Position numbers and translations under genes: made by a program. From Acidobacteriaceae bacterium (GTDB taxonomy: Bacteria > Acidobacteriota > Terriglobia > Terriglobales > Acidobacteriaceae), in NCBI GenBank assembly GCA_030038195.1, contig JASHPJ010000132.1, positions 23,529 through 87,528 on the forward strand: a stretch of 64,000 bases of DNA. Reading direction: 5' to 3'. Shown piece by piece: positions 58,627 to 64,000 of the stretch (its first letter is position 1; every line of letters begins with the position of its first letter). Under the pieces are notes generated by a model. It was not told where the DNA came from. It was given only the letters and a program-made list of their open reading frames with translations, and did no database searches.

Positions 58627-60465
58627 ATGCCTGCAAAGATTGAAGACTATGCCCTCATCGGCGACTGCGAAACGGCCGCGCTGGTTGACGCGAGCGGATC
58701 CATCGACTGGCTCTGCTGGCCTGACTTTTCTTCAGAGGCCTGCTTTGCCGCGCTCCTGGGCGCGGAAGAGAACGGCTACTGGAGAATGGCTCCGCTTGAA
58801 GGCGAGTGGACAGCAACCCGCCGCTATCGCGATCGCACGGCGATCCTCGAAACCACGTTTCGCCAACGCGGCGGCGTGGTGCGGCTCATCGACTTCATGC
58901 CGCTGCGCAGCAGGCACTCGAGCGTGGTGCGCGTTGTGGAAGGCCTGCGCGGCCGCGTGAAGATGCGCATGGAGCTGGCGCTGCGCTTCGACTACGGACG
59001 CACCGTGCCCTGGGTAACGGCCATTGCCAACGGCGTACGCGCAGTTGCCGGACCTAATCTCGCCGTTCTGCGCACGCCGGCCCCGCTGCGCGGCGAGGAC
59101 CTGAAGACGATCGCGGAGTTCGAGGTTGGCCCGGACGAGCGCGTGGATTTCACGCTGACGCACGGCCGCTCGTATGAGCCCGATCCGCAGCCCGTCAACG
59201 CGCTACGCGCGCTCAGCGCCACGGAGCGCGCGTGGAAGCAGTGGACGGCGCGGCTGAAATTCCGCGGCACATATCGCGACGCGGTGGAGCGCTCGCTGAT
59301 CACGCTCAAGACGCTTACCTTCCGGCCGACCGGCGGCATTGTTGCCGCGCCCACCACGTCGCTGCCTGAGTCCATTGGCGGCGTGCGCAACTGGGACTAT
59401 CGCTACTGCTGGCTGCGCGACACCACGTTCACGCTGCTGGCGCTCACCAACGCCGGCTACTTTGACGAGGCCGCCGCGTGGCAGGACTGGCTGCTGCGCG
59501 CGCTGGCCGGCAGCCCTGACCAGGTGCAGATCATGTATGGCCTGAAAGGCGAGCGCCAGCTTGTGGAGTGGGAAGCCGATTGGCTGCCCGGCTACGAAAA
59601 TTCGCGGCCCGTGCGCATGGGCAACGCGGCGGCAGAGCAGTTGCAGCTCGACATCTACGGCGAGATGCTGGACTGCTTCTATCACGCGCAGGCCAGCATG
59701 AAGCGCCATAACGAGCGCGATTTCAGAGTTCTGGCACTGCTGCTCGAGCATCTTGAAGAGATCTGGCAGTTGCCGGACGAGGGAATCTGGGAGACGCGCG
59801 GCGGCCCGCAGCACTTCACCTATTCAAAGATGATGGCCTGGGTAGCCTTCGATCGCGCGATTCTTCTTGCCGAACAGCTTGACTATGCGGCGCCGCTTGA
59901 GCGATGGAAGACAATCCGCGGCGCGATTCACGAGGAGATCTGCGCGAAGGCATTCGACAAAACGAAAAACAGCTTCGTGCAGGCATATGGATCGAAGGAG
60001 CTGGATGCGTCTCTGCTGCTGATGCCGGTCTTGGGCTTTCTGCCGGGGACGGACCCGCGCGTGCGCGGAACCGTGAAGGCCATTGAGCGCGAGCTGATGC
60101 CCGATGGGTTCGTGCTGCGCTATAACACGGCGAAGGTGAAAGACGGATTGCCCCCCGGCGAGGGCGTATTTCTGGCGTGCAGCTTCTGGATGGTGAGCAG
60201 CCTGAAAGCGATTGGCCGCAGCCGCGATGCGCGCAGGCTCTTTGAGAGATTGCTGAAGCTGCGCAACAGCGTGGGCCTGCTCGCCGAGGAATACGACGTG
60301 CGGCGCAAACGCCTGGTCGGCAACTTTCCGCAGGCCTTTTCGCACATTGCGCTGGTGAATGCGGCCTTTGCGCTCCAAGACGGAAAGACGATGCGCGAGC
60401 GCGCCCATCGGCATCTGCAGCGGGCCAGGGCGTTGAAGTCGCCCGGGCCGCGCGCGAGCCGGTGA
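58627..60465 (+). CDS. Glycoside hydrolase family 15 (glucoamylase/trehalase-like)
   Basis: IEDYALIGD, NWDYRYCWLRD, QLQLDIYGE, GLLAEE and GNFPQAFSH. Confidence 0.93.
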   Translation: MPAKIEDYALIGDCETAALVDASGSIDWLCWPDFSSEACFAALLGAEENGYWRMAPLEGEWTATRRYRDRTAILETTFRQRGGVVRLIDFMPLRSRHSSVVRVVEGLRGRVKMRMELALRFDYGRTVPWVTAIANGVRAVAGPNLAVLRTPAPLRGEDLKTIAEFEVGPDERVDFTLTHGRSYEPDPQPVNALRALSATERAWKQWTARLKFRGTYRDAVERSLITLKTLTFRPTGGIVAAPTTSLPESIGGVRNWDYRYCWLRDTTFTLLALTNAGYFDEAAAWQDWLLRALAGSPDQVQIMYGLKGERQLVEWEADWLPGYENSRPVRMGNAAAEQLQLDIYGEMLDCFYHAQASMKRHNERDFRVLALLLEHLEEIWQLPDEGIWETRGGPQHFTYSKMMAWVAFDRAILLAEQLDYAAPLERWKTIRGAIHEEICAKAFDKTKNSFVQAYGSKELDASLLLMPVLGFLPGTDPRVRGTVKAIERELMPDGFVLRYNTAKVKDGLPPGEGVFLACSFWMVSSLKAIGRSRDARRLFERLLKLRNSVGLLAEEYDVRRKRLVGNFPQAFSHIALVNAAFALQDGKTMRERAHRHLQRARALKSPGPRASR

Positions 60466-60613
60466 GGCCGCGCGTTGCGGATGGCTGGTAGAATAAAAAC
60501 TGCCGCACTGCGCGGTTTCTGGCTGTTTTTTGAGTCTTTTCCGCATCCTGAACGCAGTCCCATGACTGGACCATGACCGGAACGGTCAAACCCGAAGAAG
60601 GAACTTTGCAGCC

Positions 60614-62434
60614 GTGAGCACGACGATACGCAACATCGCCATCATTGCCCATGTTGACCATGGAAAGACCACGCTGGTCGACGCCCTGCTGCGCCAGGCC
60701 GGAACGTTTCGCGCCAACGAGCAGGTAGCCGAGCGGGTGATGGACTCGAACGAGCTGGAGCGCGAGCGCGGCATTACGATCCTGGCCAAGAACACCGCGA
60801 TCCACTACGGCGGCGGCAAAATCAATATCGTCGACACGCCGGGCCACGCCGATTTTGGCGGTGAAGTGGAGCGCGCGCTCAAGATGGTGGATGGCGTGAT
60901 GCTGCTGGTGGACGCGGCCGAAGGGCCGCTGCCGCAGACGCGCTACGTCTTGTCGAAGGCGCTGGAAGCCAGGCTGCCGCCCATCGTGGTCATCAACAAG
61001 ATCGACCGTCCGGATGCGCGCCCACAGGAGGTGCTGAACGAGATTTACGATCTTTTCATCGATCTCGACGCCGACGAGCATCAGCTCGAGTTTCCCGTGC
61101 TCTACGCGGTGGCCAAGGCCGGCACTGCCACCACCGATCCGGCCACGCCGGGCACCGATCTGCAGCCGCTCTTCGAGGCGATTGTGAACACCATCCCCGC
61201 GGCCACCGGCGATGCGGAGGGCGCGCTGCAGATCCTGGTCACGAATCTCGACTACTCGGATTACTTTGGCCGCATCGCCATCTGCCGCGTCTTTCAGGGC
61301 ACGTTGCGCGTCGGCGACGAGGCGAATATTTCGCGGCGCGACGGCTCTCTCTACAAGACAAAGATCACCAAGCTGTTCACCTTCTCGGGCCTCAAGCGTA
61401 TCGAGACCACGGCAACGGAGATGGGCGACATTGTGGCCGTTGCCGGCGTGGAAGGCATCACGATTGGCGAGACCATCACCGGCGTGGAGAATCCGGCGCC
61501 GCTGCCGCTGATCGTCATCGACGAGCCGACCATCGCCATCCAGTTCAACGTGAACAACTCGCCGTTTGCGGGCCGCGAGGGCCAGTACGTCACCAGCCGC
61601 AACCTGCGCGAGCGGCTTGAAAAAGAGCTGCTCACCAACGTGTCGATCCGCGTGGAAGAGACCGGCTCGCCGGACAGCTTCAAGGTACTGGGCCGCGGCG
61701 AGCTGCAGCTTGCGATCCTGATCGAGATGATGCGCCGCGAGGGCTACGAGCTGATGGCCGGCCGGCCCGAGATTGTGACGCGCATGGTGGACGGCGTGCG
61801 CATGGAGCCGGTGGAGCATCTCACCATCGACGTGCCGGAGACTTACACGGGCGTGGTGATTGAAAAGCTCGGCCCGCGCAAGGGCGAGATGACCAGGATG
61901 CACAATCACGGCTCAGGCCGCGTGCGCCTGGAGTTTCGCGTGCCCAGCCGCGGCCTCATCGGCCTGCGCAGCGAGATGCTCACCGAGACGCGCGGCACCA
62001 TCGTGATGAACTCGCTCTTCGACGGCTACATCCCCTACCAGGGCGAGATTCCGCAGCGGCCCACGGGCGCGCTTATCGCTGACCGTCAGGGCGTGACCAC
62101 CACCTACTCGCTCAACGGCCTGCAGGAGCGCGGCATTCTCTTCGTGGGCCCGGGCGTGGAAGTGTACGAGGGCATGATCGTGGGCGAGCACTCGCGCGAC
62201 AACGACCTGGACGTAAACGTGGTGCGCGAAAAGAAGATGACCAATATGCGCGCGTCCACGGCGGACGAGGCGATTCGCCTGGTGCCTTATACCACGCTGA
62301 ATCTCGAGCAAGCCATCGAGTTCATCGCCGACGACGAGTTTGTCGAGGTGACGCCCAAGTCGCTGCGCCTGCGCAAGAAGATTCTACAGGCCAACAAACG
62401 GCCCAAGCGGTGGGAGAAGGCGCTAGCTGAGTAA
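60614..62434 (+). CDS. typA: Translational GTPase TypA/BipA
   Basis: [39 protein letters not shown] and [11 protein letters not shown]. Confidence 0.97.
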   Translation: MSTTIRNIAIIAHVDHGKTTLVDALLRQAGTFRANEQVAERVMDSNELERERGITILAKNTAIHYGGGKINIVDTPGHADFGGEVERALKMVDGVMLLVDAAEGPLPQTRYVLSKALEARLPPIVVINKIDRPDARPQEVLNEIYDLFIDLDADEHQLEFPVLYAVAKAGTATTDPATPGTDLQPLFEAIVNTIPAATGDAEGALQILVTNLDYSDYFGRIAICRVFQGTLRVGDEANISRRDGSLYKTKITKLFTFSGLKRIETTATEMGDIVAVAGVEGITIGETITGVENPAPLPLIVIDEPTIAIQFNVNNSPFAGREGQYVTSRNLRERLEKELLTNVSIRVEETGSPDSFKVLGRGELQLAILIEMMRREGYELMAGRPEIVTRMVDGVRMEPVEHLTIDVPETYTGVVIEKLGPRKGEMTRMHNHGSGRVRLEFRVPSRGLIGLRSEMLTETRGTIVMNSLFDGYIPYQGEIPQRPTGALIADRQGVTTTYSLNGLQERGILFVGPGVEVYEGMIVGEHSRDNDLDVNVVREKKMTNMRASTADEAIRLVPYTTLNLEQAIEFIADDEFVEVTPKSLRLRKKILQANKRPKRWEKALAE

Positions 62435-62440
62435 CCCTAG

Positions 62441-62575
62441 AGTCCTGTCTCTAAATTTCGCATCGTAAATGTGTTGTCTTCCTGGGCAAGCAGACCGCGT
62501 TTTTGTGGTCTGCGCAGTCGAAGAACCTGCGGTTCGGTTGCTCCAACATATGCCACGGACTTTGGGGACAGGACT
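62441..62575. mobile_element. 135-bp MITE-like element (type D) carrying a degenerate GTCATCCTGAGCGA-family REP (62473-62534)
   Basis: CTAG on both flanks (62437-40, 62576-79), TIR AGTCCTGTCTCTAAA / TTTGGGGACAGGACT (13/15). Confidence 0.8.
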
Positions 62576-62621
62576 CTAGTTGAGCTGCGTCGATGTAACC
62601 CCCTGCTATACTTGCCTCGCC

Positions 62622-62948
62622 ATGAGCGGACTTGTACTCGATATCTTTATTGGCTTCCTGCTGCGGTCGATCGTCATGCAGTGGCGTCGTGCTGCAAGCC
62701 GCAACTGGCCAGCAGTTTCGGGCAGCGTTGTTCGCTGTTATTTTCAGAAGCAGGGCTTCGGCGGGGATTTTGTTGTGCTTCGGTACAAATACAAAGCAGA
62801 CTTTGAACGCTTTCAAAGCGAAATCAAAAAGCCGTATATCTATACTAATTATGCAGACGCCTTTGTACGCCATCATTTTGCGGGCAGTGAACTAAAAGTT
62901 CGCATAAATCCCAAAGACCCAACACAATCGTTCCCAGTCTTCAGCTAA
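62622..62948 (+). CDS. Small membrane-anchored hypothetical protein (DUF3592-like)
   Basis: N-terminal TM, WPAVSGSV and VRINPKDP motifs. Low GC. Confidence 0.55.
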   Translation: MSGLVLDIFIGFLLRSIVMQWRRAASRNWPAVSGSVVRCYFQKQGFGGDFVVLRYKYKADFERFQSEIKKPYIYTNYADAFVRHHFAGSELKVRINPKDPTQSFPVFS

Positions 62949-64000
62949 AGCAGTCGCTTTGCTTCCAGCGCGCGTTCCAGCGCTTCTTCCGCAGTTGCGC
63001 CGGTAGCGGAGAGATGTCCCATCTTGCGGCCTGCGCGCGGGGTGTGCTTTTCGTAAAGATGGAGCCGCACGCCGGGCACGGCGAGCGCAGCGGGAAAGTT
63101 CGGCTCACCCTTCAGCCAGATATCGCCCAGCAGGTTCACGATGGCGCAGGGCGAGATCAGCTCTGTTGAGCCAAGCGGCAGGTTGCACGCCGCGCGCACC
63201 GCCTGCTCAAACTGGCTGGTGACGCAGCCGCGCTCGCTCTGGTGATAGCTGTTGTGCGGACGCGGCGCCAGCTCGTTGACAAAGAGCTCACCCTGCTTCG
63301 TGACGAAAAACTCGACACAGAGCAGCCCTTCGATGCCGAGTTTCGCCACGATTCCCGCGGCAATCTCCTCTGCGCGCGTCTCCAGCGCCTGCGGCACGCC
63401 TGCGGGCAGCACGCTCCAGGCCAGGATCTGATTTTCATGATGATTGCGCGCGGCGGGATAGGTGCGTACTTCGCCCGCAGGGTTGCGCGCGGCCATCACG
63501 CTGATCTCGCAGTCAAGATCGAGCGCCTGTTCGGCTACCGCGGGCCGTGCGCCGATGGATTGCCAGACGGCTGCAATGGAGAGTTCGGTCGCCGGGTTGT
63601 CCAGCCCGATGCGCGCCTGTCCGCGGCCGTCGTAACCACCGCGGCCGATCTTCAGAAACACGCGGCCATCCAGCGCAGGCACGGCCTGCTGCAGCTCCTG
63701 CTCCGCGCGTACCACGCGAAACGGGCCGACAGGAAATCCATTTTCAGCAAGCCAGGTCTTCTGCAGCGTCTTGTCCTGGATGATGCGGATGGGCTCTACG
63801 CCGGGGCGCAGCGGCGCAAGGCGCGCCACCTCAGCCAGCGCGGCCACGCCGATCTGCTCGATCTCCAGCGTGACGGCATCCGCACCTGCGGCCAGCCGTC
63901 GCGCCGCGTCCACGTCGTCCCATCGGCCGACGATCGTCTCATCCACCACAAAGCTTGCCGGACACGCTTGCTCGGGGTCCATCACGCGCACGCGGTAGCC
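62945..64000 (-). CDS. purK: N5-carboxyaminoimidazole ribonucleotide synthase (5' end outside window)
   Basis: TLEIEQ, QDKTLQK, GGYDGRGQ, NELAPRPHNS, SQFEQ and RKMGH. Confidence 0.95.
   Translation of the reverse strand, partial: GYRVRVMDPEQACPASFVVDETIVGRWDDVDAARRLAAGADAVTLEIEQIGVAALAEVARLAPLRPGVEPIRIIQDKTLQKTWLAENGFPVGPFRVVRAEQELQQAVPALDGRVFLKIGRGGYDGRGQARIGLDNPATELSIAAVWQSIGARPAVAEQALDLDCEISVMAARNPAGEVRTYPAARNHHENQILAWSVLPAGVPQALETRAEEIAAGIVAKLGIEGLLCVEFFVTKQGELFVNELAPRPHNSYHQSERGCVTSQFEQAVRAACNLPLGSTELISPCAIVNLLGDIWLKGEPNFPAALAVPGVRLHLYEKHTPRAGRKMGHLSATGATAEEALERALEAKRLL

Overview
GC-rich chromosomal window of an Acidobacteriota bacterium (Acidobacteriaceae-like; inferred from a PadR/ADOP permease locus and lineage-typical genes). 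It has about 50 coding regions and no rRNA, tRNA, CRISPR array or transposase that I could recognise. Main blocks: a TPP-riboswitch thiamine uptake operon (TonB receptor, APH-family kinase, PnuC/PnuT); kduD, asnS, glgC; an ECF sigma/ZAS anti-sigma/B-box/DUF5668-like/DUF4097 envelope-stress operon converging on padR plus two ADOP permeases; alr; mdtABC; an RsbU/RsbW/RsbV module; a prlF-yhaV locus with an internally deleted toxin; a His-less pseudo-histidine kinase; a two-component system; GH15; typA; purK. The most striking signal is intergenic: 11 short elements bounded by terminal inverted repeats (MITE-like, at least 6 end types, mostly with TA/TNA/CTAG duplications). Most carry REP-like hairpins, several are nested, and five sit on stop codons. 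The 422 bp between the cytidylate-kinase-like gene and alr is entirely such elements; removing them restores two overlapping convergent stop codons. The two tandem ADOP permeases are about 99% and 94% identical at their 5' and 3' ends but strongly divergent in between. All alignments were done by eye.
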